Part shown: piece after piece, positions 11,621 to 25,795 of the stretch
Position numbering within the stretch: position 1 is the first letter of the stretch
How the letters are laid out: each line of letters opens with the position of its first letter
Origin: Lama glama
Lineage: Eukaryota
Length of the DNA: 64,000 bases
Direction of reading: 5' to 3'
Assembly: GCA_028534125.1 (NCBI GenBank)
Contig: CM052816.1
Coordinates: forward strand, 10,852,001-10,916,000
The notes under the pieces: generated by a model
Told to the model about the DNA's origin: nothing
What the model saw: only the letters and a program-made list of their open reading frames with translations
Database searches by the model: none
Program-made: the position numbers and the translations under genes

Positions 11621-14479
11621 TGCTGTCCTATGGTCCTCTTTCTTTTCGAGCATCAATTTTTGTATTTTCACCCGATCATTATTTCTTCAAAATGGAATTT
11701 TTTTCCCATGAGTAATGCCTATAAAAGCAAAACATGCTTATTATTTTTTTAAACCAGACAATATAACCAAATCTTGTCAATTTGCCACCATCCAGATAGA
11801 ATTATCTTAAAAATTTCAAAGGATATCCATCAGGACTCTTTTCTGTGTATGTGTACGTGTGTGTGCGTGCGTGCGTGTGTGTCATCGCTATCATTAGAGA
11901 ATATTGATTGCTGACCCAAATTCATGAAAGAGAAAGGAAAGGGGGTAGCTTCCACAAAGTCTTTTTCTTTCAGGGAGAATAACCAGTAACTTTTTATTCC
12001 TTGGGTTCTGTGACTCTAAAGGGGCCTCTCTCAATGATGATTTCACAATTCCTTGGAGCTCTCGCCAGAACACTCTTCTTTAAAGGACTAGATGAATTGC
12101 TAACTCAGAAGACATGAGGGAGATTGCTGTGCTATTCCCACACATCTTTTCCTTTTTCTTGCAAATATTGTCTTCCTACCATAGAACGGCCCTCTTTTAC
12201 TACCTCTCTGTCTTCACTTGGAAATCTCCATCTGCCAATTCATTTTGCTACCGTTTGTGGGAACTGTCCTTTGCTGTTTCACCTCTGAGAGGTCTTCCCT
12301 AGCTAGAAAGGGCTTTGAGAATCCGATGAAAGTGATGAAACCTCGTTCCTGAAAAATTATACACATTTACACCCAAATTTTTGCATGTGATTTCAGGAGG
12401 TCCAAGGAATCTAAGTTAAGGACCCCTCTGTTCATACATCCTCAGCAGTCTGAGTCACCACAAATCTACCAAGGAGTCCCACAGACGTCACTCATGAAAA
12501 TAAGTATTCAGCATTAATCATCCAGCAGATTCTGCATTTGGGTGCTGGAGGTACAAAAAGAAATAAGACAGGAGCTCTGGCTTAAGATGCTCGGAATAGT
12601 GGTGGAGGTAGGTGGAAAAACCATGACCATGGAATGTGAGAAGCACTTTAATGAAACACAGCAAGGGCTACAATAATATGTTCTTTAAGCATAATTCTCA
12701 CTTTTCTCTATAAAACCCTTGATGTCTCCTCTTCCTATTATCAATGAAGACCTTCATCATGAATCTCAAGCTTGCTTCTCCAGTATCATCTGGACATACC
12801 TCTTTCTTCTGCCCAGTCCTGGCACTTCATAGTATCATGGCTCCTCTCACATTAAAGGCTCTTTTAGCCCCCAAATATGCCATGCTCTGTGGGTCTTCTC
12901 TGTGAGATGCTGTCCCCTCTGCCTGGCATCCTTTTCTTCCCCATCCTTTTGTCCCTTGGTCAGGCTGACTTTCATATGTCCTTTAACACTGGACTTCGGA
13001 TGCTCTCTGCAGGAAGCATCCCGTGATTTCTCCAAGTTCAAGTTCGATGCTCCCCTTAAACGTTACTATAGCACACTGTACTTACCTTCATTCTTGCCAC
13101 TCTGTATTACAGTCACTTTCTTCAAATTGTCTGTGTCTTTCACCAGACAGTGATATCCACAAGGGTGGGAACTATCGTGTTCATAGTTCTAGTGTTACTG
13201 GCTACTGTATAATAGTTAATAAATATTTGAGTTAATTAAATTACAAATTAATTTAATTTTTAAAAACCTCAGCAGAATCAGTTTTAAGGCTTTCTAGTAT
13301 AAGTCAGAATGGAGAGCCTCCCTACCTTTATATTCTCTGAGAAGTGTGGTCTATAATTAGAACTTTCACGTCTAATCAAGCTGTTCTTTACCCATAAGGA
13401 ATCTGACTCTTGGTTACTCAGTACACACAGAAGCAGGGACAGAGCTGAGGCCAGCTAATTAAGATATGTCCACCTGTCATTTGCTTAGCACTCTGCAAAA
13501 TGCTTTGGGGAGTTAAAGATGTGTGAGTTTCCTCCTTCAAGAATCTATTGTTGGGCACACACGAGTTTCCCATGTGGCATCTAGATAGTATATAATTTAC
13601 TGCCAAATAGTGTAGTAGAGACTATAAAATGACAGTTATAGTTGCTTCTAGCTCGTCTTTCTGTGACTCTAAGATTTTTTAATTGCACTCCACTGAAATT
13701 AAACACTCTTGTAGTGTGAGAGTGGGGATCATGTGTGAGTGGTCTTAGCACCTCTAAGACCAAGCCTAGTCCCCTGGTCGAGTAGGTACCCAACAACTAT
13801 TTGTCAAACCAGTTACAGTCAAAGGAGAGGAAGACAGCAATAAATATGACATATGGGTAAAGAGTTTCCCATCTATAAGTTATCAGGTTGCGATGAAAGG
13901 CCTGTGTATTTAACAAGCACTGGGGAATCCCTGAGCATTGCACTAGGGGCTGTGACAGACACACTCAAATTGAGGAGGCATCAGTGAGAGAGTACAAGCC
14001 TCAGAATCAGGCATACCTGATTCAAATCCCAGCTCTTCTGCAGGCTTCCTCAGTAACCTGCCATTCATCCCATAGCTTTGTTAAATCAGGTTCTAGGCAA
14101 GGCAACATGACAGGTGTTGCAGAGATAGCATTAAATATTCCCTGCAAACCTGGAGCCTTCAATCACTTTCCTCAGTTTCTTGACCTGGAGAGTGGGGCCA
14201 GCAAGGTTTTCTCGGAGAGCTCCTGGGAGGATTAAGTGTCGTTTGTATGAAAATGCTCAGTACCGTCTTGGTGTATAGGAGATACTCTGATTTCATGTTC
14301 TCCTGGTGTTATCGATAGTAGCTACCAGAACATTCTAATTCACTTCAGTTCATATCCCACTTGTGGAAGGTACCTTTCTGTATACCTAGGATAGTGGATG
14401 ATGCCAGGGGGTGGGGTAATGTTGGCAGAGATGTCCTCACTTCTCACAGTGACTATTAGTATTAACTTCGTCATTTGAA

Positions 14480-15050
14480 AGCAGTGTAAAAGCAGCTGGG
14501 CTTTAGACAGACAGGGTTGGATGTCAGCATCATTCCTTCCTGCATGATCTTGGGTGTGTTACTTAATCTCTCCAAACCTCAGTTTACTCATTTATAAATG
14601 ATGGTGATAATAGTAACTGTATTAGTCGGCTCAGGCTGCCATAACAAATATCTTAGACTGGGTGGCTTACAGTTCTGCAGGCTAGAAGGCCAAGATTAAA
14701 GTGCCAACTGATTGACTTCCACAGTGAGGACTCTCTTCCTGGCTGGCAGACAGGTACCTTCTCACTGTGTCCTTTCATGGCAGAGAGAAAGAGAAAAAAA
14801 CAAGCTCTCGGGTGTTTCTTCTTAAACTAATCCCATCACGAGGGCCCCACCATCACATGACCTCATCAACCCTCATTCCCTCTCCGAGGCCTCATCTCCA
14901 AATGCCATCTCATCGCAAGTTGAGTCTTCAACATACCAAAGTGAGCATTCAGTCCGTAGCGGTAACTGTATCATGAGATTGCTGTGGGGATTGAAGGAGC
15001 TCGAGCATTCTAAGAATACGGCACGGTGTAAATGCTCACATGTTAGGTTG
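14480..15050 (+). mobile_element. MIR split by the MLT1A LTR
   Basis: Core ttacttaatctctccaaacctcagtttactcatttataaatgatggtgataatagtaac resumes after the LTR as tgtatcatgagattgctgtggggattgaa. Confidence 0.75.
14618..14961 (-). mobile_element. MLT1A-like MaLR solo LTR inserted in a MIR
   Basis: tgtattagtcggctcaggctgccataacaaata...cattcagtccgtagcg. Perfect TSD GTAAC at 14613-14617 and 14962-14966. Confidence 0.88.
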
Positions 15051-17530
15051 TTACCATCGCCTCTATTTAGTGTCTCTACATGTCCTCAGTTCCAGAACAA
15101 TGCCTTGCACATATTTCTTATTTTGTGTTCAATAAATATTTGTTGAATAAGTGAAATAATTCATCATCATCAAATCAAGCAATGACTGATTGTTCCAATT
15201 CCCAAACACCAGTGTTACCAGGTCTGGACTTTGTCTCTGAATGTGGATGTGAGAACAGCCTCAGCTGCTGAGAATGGGCCTTCCTGACAATTAATTGTCT
15301 CTTGCTTTGCCATTAGTGTCCCTCAAAGTTGACTCCTCCCTCTGGCCACTCTTTAGCCACCCAGCAATGCCTATGGTTTTGTTTCCTGAATCCTGTCATT
15401 TTTCCGTTATACCCAACCATGAGACTCTTTTTCCTCCATCCAATTTAATAATATGAAACCTGCTCTGATTTAGAATCTCTTTGGCAGCTAATCGAACCTT
15501 GAAGCATTCTATTAGCTCTCTGTATTTGCACTAAGCCCAAACTGATGCATCTGGGATTATTATGTAATAACTTGGGCTCATTTCTGGTCAGTCTATATCA
15601 TCCCTTTTCATTCTGCGAATCCCCTCAGGGCTCCCTTTCTGTTTGCAAGGGGTGAGAAAAGGGATTAGAAGGGCTGTGGTCGGGGGCTTTGGGGTAGGGG
15701 GAGTGTTTGCTGTGAGTTATTATCCCACACTTATTGGTATTAAACTGGATTTGACAACTCATAGCCTAGGATTTAAATGACCTAAATCCTTCTTTTGGCA
15801 GTCTGGTTTCCCCCGTTATTTATTGTGCTACCCGATTCATTATCGTCGGCATAGTTGGAGGCGGGGCCTGTGGTGCCTTCACAGTCGAATGATTTATACA
15901 AATAATTAAAAAGGTGAGGGTTCCCAGCAATGAGATCCAAAGCGATTCTCACTCTCCTCTTCCTCATCTGGCTCAGTTCATCTCCTTCACATTAACCCTT
16001 GGCCCCCTGCTTCTGCTCCCAGGAAATCCATCCTCAGCTTCCTTCTGGGCCCAAGAGAGAAATGCCATTGGCAGGGAGAGGGCAGAGTGATGAGAGCTGT
16101 GATCTAATTCCAGTAACGTGTATCAGGTCTTTATACAGGGCAGCATACAAACCCTTTCCAGGCATCGTAGGATTTCATTGTCACACCAGCTCCTTGAGGT
16201 AGGCATTGATTTCATCTCATTTGACAGCTGAGGAAACTGAGACATGTTGCATGTCCGTCTCACTGGGACAGGCAGAGTGGGAGGAAGAAGGCTTGTGGGC
16301 GGGAATGGGGGCTGGGGATACTGCTATGGTACTTTCAGGGGATACTGGTACCAAACGTGTAACGTGCCGGTTAACGTGTGCTTTGACATCAAACCAACCA
16401 ACTCTTTCACCTCTAAGCTGTGGGGCTGTGAGCATGTACCCATTCTGTGCCTCAGTCGTCTCTTCTGTTAAGTGAGAATGATAAAGTACCTACATAAGTA
16501 ATCGTAAGGACTGAATGAGATGTCACATAGAGGGCTCCTAACAACACTTCTCCGTCTGTAAAAGGGGTATAATATTACCTAATTCATTTTTCCTTCACAA
16601 TGACCCTTTGAGACAATATGTGTAAAGCACTTAAAGCAATGCCTGGAGATGCTCATTAAGCTTAGTAGTTGTTGCTACGACTGCTGCTGCCACTACCATC
16701 CCCACTGCTCTCACTGGGATTATTATTGTCATGATTCAAACTCAGATTCAGTATGGAAGATGGGTGCTGTCCAACTGCTATTTGCAAAGACCTTGAGGTA
16801 GGGTCCTGGTAAGCGGAATTCACCCACCCACAATGGAGATCACGGCTTACACCACTGTAAGAAAAATGACGTGCGTGTGCGTGTGTGTGTTTTGTTTCCC
16901 CTGCCCCAGATCTGCCCATGCCCTGCTCAGGCTAGATGCCAAATGTAGGCTTGCCAGAAGGAGGTTTGATCTAAAGCTTCAGCCCAAGCTTAGAAAGGAC
17001 AGCCTTCATTCAGGAATTTGGTGTCCTGTTGCCTTATCTCTCCAGTCTCAGGCCTTAGTAAGTATACTTTTATTAAGCCATATGTTTCTTGCTGAAAACC
17101 AAATGTTGATGGGTAGGCTCTAGAGATCTCATTTATTTAAAATGTGGGGCAAGGGTACCTCTGTTGGGAGCATCTGCTGCATTGAAACAGGATGGAAGTC
17201 CCCCTCCTCCAATTTCATATCTTGCAAAACTATTTCTCTTGACATTGAGCTCAGGTAACCTTTCACAAACCCATAAATGCTTTTTTAATTTTTTTAACCA
17301 TCCAGCCCTGTGCTTTGGACATACAATGAATTTTATCCCGTCCCATATAACTTGCACTGAATGTGCTACTTGAACGTTTTATAGTTGGATGTAAGAGTCT
17401 CTGGATTGCAAAACAGCACCCCTGCGGGTGTCCATTTGTAAAGGAAGTGATGCCAAGAACTCACAGTGGTCTGGAAGTCCAAATTTGGCCCAGATTTTCT
17501 CCCATACCCAACACCTGGAGCCAAAAGTAA

Positions 17531-17541
17531 TGCTGAGTCAT
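17531..17541 (+). promoter_or_regulatory. Perfect CNC-sMaf (NF-E2/NRF2/BACH) motif TGCTGAGTCAT
   Basis: Exact consensus with an A-rich 5' flank (aaaagtaa). Confidence 0.4.
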
Positions 17542-19841
17542 CAAAACTATTTCTGCAGTGTGTGGATGTCAGTAATTTACAGGCAACGGACAGCATTGTT
17601 TTGAACACAACTCTCCTTTGCTGAAGCAGCGATAGCAGAAAGCGGGCTTTAGAGTCAGTGTTCTTAGCCAACGGTGTGGTCTTGAGCCCTAAGCCTCGAG
17701 TTCCCCTGTAATGTGTATAGAAGTAAAACCAGTCTCATAGGACTGTTTGAGGATTAAATGAAAGAAATGTATTTCGACCGTGTAGCCCCCTCCCTGACAC
17801 AAAGCACTCGAAGAAATGTTAGCTATGAGTATTTTGTCTTTTACTAGATTGCATATTCCTAATCTCCTAAATTCCATAAATTATACTAACGCTGTCTTTA
17901 TTGGTGATTATACTGTGATGGTGATGGTCTTGTTAATGCTGTTATTGTTCATGGTAACAATCATAAACTTGACCTTCATTGGTTTATGAAACCTTGTACA
18001 TTTCTCCTTATAGTTCTTCAAGGTTGCCCTTTCTTCCTAATTTCAAAGCCACAGTCACTGTGGAAATTTCGAATCATGCCCTCCTTTCTATTTCTGTCCG
18101 TCCCCCCTTTCCATCAACTGTCAATTGGTTTTGACTTGCTCTGCGGAGGAATAGGAGTTGCTGTGTTTGGAGCTGAAAGCCTGAGGCATTGGATAGAATA
18201 TTATAATTTAGCAGCGCGGTAGCGTATGTAGGAAGGAGGACTTTGCAAACATTTTCATGAGCGTATGCTTGTCAGAAATTCTTTTTTCTGATTCTCACAC
18301 TCACCCCAGTGCTGAGTGGCTTACCTCTGACCTTTCCCCATAACTGAGACACAGAATAATGAATGATGACTTCAGCTGCCTCCTTCCCTCCCGGGGTAAC
18401 AAATGAGTCAGCATCAGGGCCTTTGCCAGGAGGCCTGAGTCATAAATATCCCTGCAGTCCATCAAAACTCTCCACCAAAGGCTGTTTTTAAACTGTAAAT
18501 GAGGAAAGAGTCCTTGGCCCTTATCTTAATCATCAAGGCAATAGGAGATATTTATGGATCTAACTTTGGGGTCGAAGAGAAAAGCTACAACCAACGTTAT
18601 AGATAAATTTGTTTGAACCCATTGTGAGATGATAAATTTCTAATAGACGAAAAACAAAAAAATTTCAGTGAATATACCCTCTCTGCCCCCAAATTCCTGT
18701 TGATCATGTCACTTTTTTCCCCCTATCTTTCTAACCTTTGTTAAAGACTTAACAGATGCCAGGCCTGGTGCTAGCTCCTTTATTCATATGATCTTACTGC
18801 ATTTTCACAACTATCCTATAAAAGGAAAGATTTTCTTCACTGTTTATTGAAGAAGAAATTAGGGATGAGAGTGACCAACTCTCCCTAGATAATAAGCTAA
18901 TAAGTGGCATTACTGTGCTTGGACCTCAGATCCATCAGACTTCAAAGGCTGAGCTCTTAATTACTCACTTATTCCCTCTGGGAAGCCAGGGAGACAGAAG
19001 AGGGAGAAAAGAAAATATAGAAGTGAAACTGACTGTCTCTCTGCTACATAAGATGCTCATGATCTAACAACAGATATAGTATGGCATAGTTAAAGTCTGG
19101 GTCAGATAACTTTAATTTTCAATTCATTACTATAAACAGAGAGCCATTAAGCAGATACTATAAGACCCTAAAAAGTGCCAGCAGCAGACTGTGTTCCTGA
19201 GAATGCACCAAACACCAGGGACCCAGCAGCACTGCAGATTTTGCAAGCATTTAAAATGCTGGTAGTTGCAATAATTGTATATAGCTGGAAATGCCCCATT
19301 TTCATCTTCATCCATGCTAGCTTACTTGAAGTGCAGCCTGCCATCAGGGATGGCTTTGTGATATGTATAATATTTTATTTATGAGAAGATTAGCAAAATA
19401 TGATTGTTGGATTCGCTAATAAAGAGGAGATGGGAAACAGAGCCAGCTGGCATGCCACATGTAGCTCCGGCAGGAAGACATATCTAATCTGTGTTTTTCT
19501 CTCTGAACTCACACCTTGTAGGCGCCTGGAGCTTCCCCCTCCCTCTTTCCCCAGAGTGCCTGGAAGACCTCATCAGTGTCTTCTGAAAATACAGAGGGTA
19601 TCTCTGTCTCCATTTCCTGGCCAGACTTTCTGTGGCTATTCAAACTGCTCTTTCTGATGATTAAAAGTATAGTCTAACCCAAATGTTGGAGTGTTATTTT
19701 GTCCAGATGGAAAGGGCAGGAGAGCAGAGTATCAACCAGCAGGATCCAGAGCCCAACAGACCGCTAGAGAGGGGTGAACTCTGTGACCCTGGGTGTGTAA
19801 GGAACACGATCTTCAAGCCCCCTTCTCTCCTCTAGGAGAAA

Positions 19842-19865
19842 ACACACACACACACACACACACAC
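19842..19865. repeat. (AC)n microsatellite
   Basis: Direct read. Confidence 0.95.
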
Positions 19866-20237
19866 TTCAGGTTTTCACTGCTTGACAAGTTGTAAGTTAT
19901 TAATAAGTTACAGTGAGAAGGGTCCCATTTTCAGATGTTCCATTCATAGGAGTCACACCACTGGGTTGGGTAATGCTGGCAATTAAATCTTTTTTTTTCC
20001 TTCCTAATTCTGAGCTCTACCTGGTAATACTCACTAAATTGACATTGCTGCCATCCCTTTCTTTGCTCCTTTTCTTGGGGAGTCATTGCATCAAAAAAGT
20101 GAGTTATTTTGTGATATTTAAAATTATACATGTGCATTTCAGAAAACAAAGAATAGAATTACCTTAAATAAAGCCAAAGTAGAAGTTAAAAACACATAAT
20201 CCTGCCCTTTAAGCCTTAATATGCTTCCTTCCTGTTT

Positions 20238-20373
20238 TATGGGGGGGTAATTAGGTTTTTTTAATTTTAATTTTTATTTATTTATTTTTAATTTTTTTAA
20301 TGAAGGTACTGGGGATTGAACCCAGGACCTTATGTATGCTAAGCACGCCCTCTACCACTGAGCTGTACCCTCC
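20238..20373 (-). mobile_element. tRNA-derived SINE (Vic-1-like) with long A-rich tail
   Basis: Reverse complement reads GGAGGGTACAGCTCAGTGGTAGAGGGCGTGCTTAGCATACATAAGGTCCTGGGTTCAATCCCCAGTACCTTCA, then an A-rich tail and ACCTAATTACCCCCCC. Confidence 0.85.
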
Positions 20374-20924
20374 AACCCTGTCCCTTGTTTTGTTTTTTTA
20401 ATGCATGTGTTTAACATGGCTTAAGGTATATGTTAATACTCTTTGAAATGAAGGGACGTCTCTGTGAGCTAATATACTCAGAACTTGTTCTTTGCCACTG
20501 TTTTCTATGGACTGGAATTCAGGATACAGCTGATCAGTTTTTAATTTCCTGCAAGGTGGTTTAGAAATAAGTTTCACAAGACACCCTTTGCAGAGGTGCT
20601 GTTACTGTAGGATGGTCACACTCAGAAATCGGACCGTTGGTCCCTTATGGAAACTTCTTTATGAAGCTACCGCGGTCCTGGCATACTGTACGTCCTAGAG
20701 GGATGTGTAAATCCCTCTGTTCCAATATCTACTTAGCCATAGAACTGGTTTTCCTTTTGGAATCTGGAATTTTATATGGTCCTCTGGGCATCCAAAGGAT
20801 TGCCCAGAGGCATTTAGGAACACTTTGGACTTTGGGCAATTTACACAGCAGAGGAGACTATGGGGACACGCGCTGTAGGGTAGTTCTCTCCAGTGAGATC
20901 CCGTGAGCCTGTGACTCAAACCTC

Positions 20925-21160
20925 CATAGTGGTTAAGGTACTGAGTCAAGGACCAGACTGTGGGTGTGAATCTTGGCCCCGCTACTAAGTGGCTTTAGGA
21001 TGTTAGACAAGCTACCTCACCTTTCAAAGCCTCAGTTTCTTTCTATGTTAAATGAAAAAAATGGCACCAGTTCGTAGATTTGTTGTGAGGATCAAATGAG
21101 TTCATGCATATATAGTGCTTAAAGAAGTGCCTGCATGTTCAGTAAATGTTAGTTGTCAGT
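20925..21160 (+). mobile_element. MIR
   Basis: catagtggttaag...ccagactgtgggtgtgaatcttggcccc...gcctcagtttcttt...gttgtgaggatcaaatgag. Confidence 0.8.
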
Positions 21161-24100
21161 GCTGTTGTTCATAACCCGGGATATCTGTGCTCATCCTCAG
21201 CCATGCCCCCTTCCACAGGCTTCCCAGAGAAGCCCTCCTGGACTCTCAACTTCCTGGGGGCAAAAATTCTCGTGCTAGAGGACACAGTACCTAGTTTGAC
21301 GTAGGTGCTCAGTACTTACTTCTTGGCTCAAATTGGCTAAAACCATAGTTTTCTTCTGGTTACGTAGGACCTAATGACGACTTGACTCTGGGCTGTGTTG
21401 GGTGGGGATGTAATGGTGCAGAAGGAGGCATCACGGGATGGTCCGATTCATTGTCCCTCTGCTGCCACACAGATTCTTCCCTTTAACCCCTGATTGCCTC
21501 AAGATGGGAACCAAGCCAGACTCTGGACAGGAGTGACCATGAAAACCAGTGGCTGTTTTGTTTTTTACTTACATACAATTTCCTCTCTATCCAACATATC
21601 AGCCCACTGCTGTTTCACAAGGGAGACCTCAGAACCTCACAGTTACTCTGTCATACTTTTCTCGATATAATCTTCCTTTCCTCTTGTGCTGATTGAGGCT
21701 CAAGGGTACAACAGTAAAGTCACAGGCCCTGCCCTTGCAGGGTCTTGTGAGGAAGATGGATAAGTGGGTGGTAACTATTTGTGAGATAAGTTCCATGTCA
21801 GGAAATGCAGAGTGCCATGGTTGTCTTAGGAGAGTCACCTACCTGCTTTGAGAAGTAAGGAAAGCCAGTTCCTTAGCTTTAGTAGAAAGCAAGACTGTCC
21901 TTAATAAAATACAGAGTAGGGACAGTATTGTGGGTTTCAGGATTTCCTTGGTCTCTATGATATTTTCTGTGCCGAGAAGAGCACAATACACTAAAAATTG
22001 GGTTATTTCTTATAACTCAGTATTTTGTGGTTACCTTATGCCACCTTCCACTTATGGAAGAATTAAGATCATTACCTCTCAAGGCAGATTTTCTAACATT
22101 TAGATGCACATGTGCATAGCGTGGCTTCCAGACACCCGCATCCATCTCCCTATGGCTGGTTCTTTCTTCTTCTGAAATGTTTTTTTTTTCTTTCTGATAG
22201 TGTAGTGGCAGAAAAATATAGTTTCTTCATGCTGTGTTTTTACTTCCCATTTTTCTGATAAAACTCTATCGCTACAGAGGAAATCAAATCTAATCTTCAA
22301 TATATTTAGCATGAAAGCAATAAAAAGCATGAATTCACTCCAGAAAGAGCGAAATACAGTCGAGTACTCAAAGGACGGATCACCATGGCAACTGTTTTCT
22401 TGAGATTCTGTACTCTCCAGGCTCCGGGCATGACCAAGTGAAGAAAGGAGGGCGAAGGGAAGAGAAGAAATATCCTGCCCTTTCTGTTGTCGCTAAAGTG
22501 CGCAGAGGAATGGCCATGAATTATTGATTGCATGAATAGAAGTATATATGAATTAGAATTATTAAAATGTTGTCTTTTAAATGAGCGTGTAAGAACACAC
22601 TGAGAACTTGTTCCTCGGTGTTCTCTTCTCCTTGCTCTCAAAATCCCACTGAGCAATCAAAGAGCTCTCCTGAGGTCAAAAGTTTGCAGAGAAGCATCAG
22701 GAATTAGGATGATTAAAGAATTATGTGAGCTAGAACAAAAGTAGGATGTTTTTGCATATTACTGCCAGATCCACTTGCCTTTGTATAGCATTTCAAGATA
22801 GTTATGGTTTCAGAGTTTTTTCAAAGATGTTAAATATGTAAAGATCAGAGGCCAGCTCTTCTTGCCTTTGGGACTGTGTTAATGGGGTGTGATTAATTTC
22901 CCTAAGGAATTTCCTATGGATTAAATTCACCCTGTGTTTATGGGCATGTGTTTATATCTCACACTGTGCCAATTCTTCTTGCTTTCTACGTTTTAACCAA
23001 GATATAGGTTTTTCTCACTCAATCTATACATACATTTAATGCTCTGATAATAACAACTACCATATGTTAAATGTTTCTGTGAGTCAGTCACTGGGCTGAA
23101 TTCTTCGGATAATAATATTAAGAGCATGGACTTTTCTTCGGATGTAATTGTGTTTCATTTAGCAAACTGGCTAATTCAGTAGATGTTCACTAACAAAATA
23201 ATTATGTTTCTGTGTAATCCTCATGACAGCCCCATGTGAAAGTCCCCATTTTACAGATGAAAAAACTGAGTTTTGGTGATGACAGTGGATAACCCTGGAT
23301 CACAGAACCAGTTAGTTACAAAACCTTCATCTGGAACCATGAATAACTCCTCTAAGTCCAGGGTCTTAAGAGCAATGCTAAGTTTTCACCCTGGAGGATG
23401 CAGCCTGTCTTTTTAATCTCTATACAGATGCGTAGCTGACAAGGGTCTGGACACATAGGTAAGCCCTCATTGTATTTATAACGCATATATATTTAGAATC
23501 TATTATTGTACCAGGCCAATATAAAAATTGAAAATAAGAAAGAAGTGCTCCAAAATAAACAATTGGGATCTTAAAATGAAAAATATGTATAATTTTAAGA
23601 AAAATGTATGGAGGTATGTCTGTATGAATGAGTCTACGTATAATAAAAATACTATTTTGAAAATAGAAAATTAAAAAAAAAGAGAAGTTTCTGCCTTCAA
23701 TAAGCTTAGTCTTCTGGAAGTGTTGGCACAAATAAATGAGCCAGACAAAAGAGTCAGGGGTTCAGGGAAAAGAGAGGTTAATGAGATTTGTGGAGGATCG
23801 ATTCCTCCTGGTCCTTCAGGAATGGGAGGGGCTTCCAAAAGGTAAGAGAAAAGAAGATAAGTGAACACTGGGTCGGACAGCACAATAAGCAGAGAGGGGG
23901 ACGAGTGAGCAGTATGAGGACCTGTGAGAAGGTGAGAGCGTGTGATTGAGTAAAGTGAGTTTGGACAAGTAAGTTGACAAGAGGGCCAATGAGTGAAGAA
24001 CCTTGAACTCTGGAGTAAGGAGGTCCAGATTTGATCCTATCAATATGAGTGAGCTTTAAAAGGTCCTATTTATTTATACTAGTGTATTAATTACTTAGAG

Positions 24101-24740
24101 TAAAGTATATTATTTCTGTGTTCATCTTGATGATTTTTACATATGTATTCACCCATGTCACTGTTACCCAGATCAAAGTAGAGGACATTTTTAGGATTCC
24201 CTGCCCCCTGTCACGTAAATGCTTACCATCACCCAAGATTATCACTGTTCTGACTTAAGGCAAATGACATGATGAAAGTTTAAAGGGAAGTTTAATGACC
24301 TCTAGGATGTAGCATGAAGTATGGAGGGGAGAGATTTCAAACAGGGAAACCAAGAGAATGTTATAAGGTTCACAACCCCTCCATCCATCCATTCAGTTAA
24401 ATTTGTATTGGGCACCTGTTATGTACCAGTCTGATGCAGTGAAGATACAAAAATAACCAACATATGCTCTCCTGATGAGGAGACCAGCCAATATTCAAGC
24501 AGTTACTTTACATTGTGATAAGTAAAATAGGAGAAAACACAGGTTGCACTTAAAATGTGCACCTAGCCCAGAATAGGGAAGTCAAAGAAGGCATCCTGGA
24601 ATAAGACATTCCCAACCTGACTGAGGCTAAAGGACCGAATAGGGGTTAGCCAGACCACAGGAGAGATTGAGATGGAAATGGCTCCAAGCAGGAAAGGAGC
24701 ATGTACAAAGACCCAAAGAAGACAGATGGCATGGCTTTAT

Positions 24741-24830
24741 ATTATTCTGTCCGTGGAGGTACTGGGGATTGAAGCCAGGACCTTGTGGATGCTAAGCATG
24801 CATTCTACCACTGAGCTATATGCACCCCCA
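24741..24830 (-). mobile_element. tRNA-derived SINE (Vic-1-like)
   Basis: Same body as the other two copies, on the minus strand. Imperfect TSD gcatggctttat (24729-24740) and gtatggccttat (24837-24848). Confidence 0.82.
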
Positions 24831-25599
24831 CTGCCTGTATGGCCTTATTGGAGTACAGTCTTGAGCAAGAGAAGAATGAAAGGAAATGAGCGGGTTTTGA
24901 AATTGGAAAAATAGCCAGACTTAGTAAATGATTTTATATCAGAGGAACCATGTCAAACTGGGTTTTTTCTAACACCAACATATAATTATGGCAACCTACT
25001 TGTGCAACAGTCTGCATCCATTGTTCAGAAAATCTCAGATGTTCAGTGTGGCTGGTTTTTTCATTGTTGTTTTTATTGTAAGTAGTCCATCTGGGTGTCA
25101 GCCATTTTCTTTTCGAACTTGAAGCAGAAAAACCAGTCAGACAATGAGATTGCCACCATCTTTCACCTACCGCTTTTAAATGAAGCTGTTTTCTTATTGT
25201 TTGTACATTCTTTATCTCTTCTCTTTCTGGAGCGGTTTGGGCTGTGCAAGCAGCCAGGCCACCCCTCTCTCTTGACCTGCCCAGCAGGTTTCTTGGACCA
25301 GCTTTGAGAAAGTTCTTGGGTTCACACCACCCTTTTCCCCCTCATCCATCAGCAGGTACCTCAGTGAGCAGAAAGTGGGCTTGGTAGCCCTGCAGACCTG
25401 AGTAAAGCCTTATCCCTGTTATGAATTTTCCTTGCAGCCTTCCTAAGTCAATGTTTCTGGGCTTCACCTTCCTTATCCAGAAATAACAATGCCCACTGTG
25501 TAAGCTGTGAATGATGAATCCACAGTATAAGGCTGCAAGTCCCCTAGGAGAGTGCCTAACACAGAGAAGGCCTTCCAGGATGTTACCCAAAGGTAGTCA

Positions 25600-25795
25600 G
25601 GCAGAGTGCTTAAGAGCAAAGGCTCTCAAGGTAGACTGCCTATGTTATAAGGCTCTGCCAAAGGCTAGCTGGGTTCTGCTGGACAAGTCATGTAGGCTCC
25701 TGGTGCCTCAGTATTTTCATCTGTAAAATGGGGTGATAAGAGTGACATCTGCCTCGTGGTTTTATTGTGGGAGTTAAATGAGGCTTCATATGGAA
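25600..25795 (+). mobile_element. MIR
   Basis: gtgcctcagtattttcatctgtaaaatggggtgataag core. Confidence 0.75.

Noticed and set aside
16681..16690. SCA12-type CAG/CTG repeat
   Set aside because: Only three CTG units. The SCA12 repeat lies near the 5' promoter region of PPP2R2B, outside this window.
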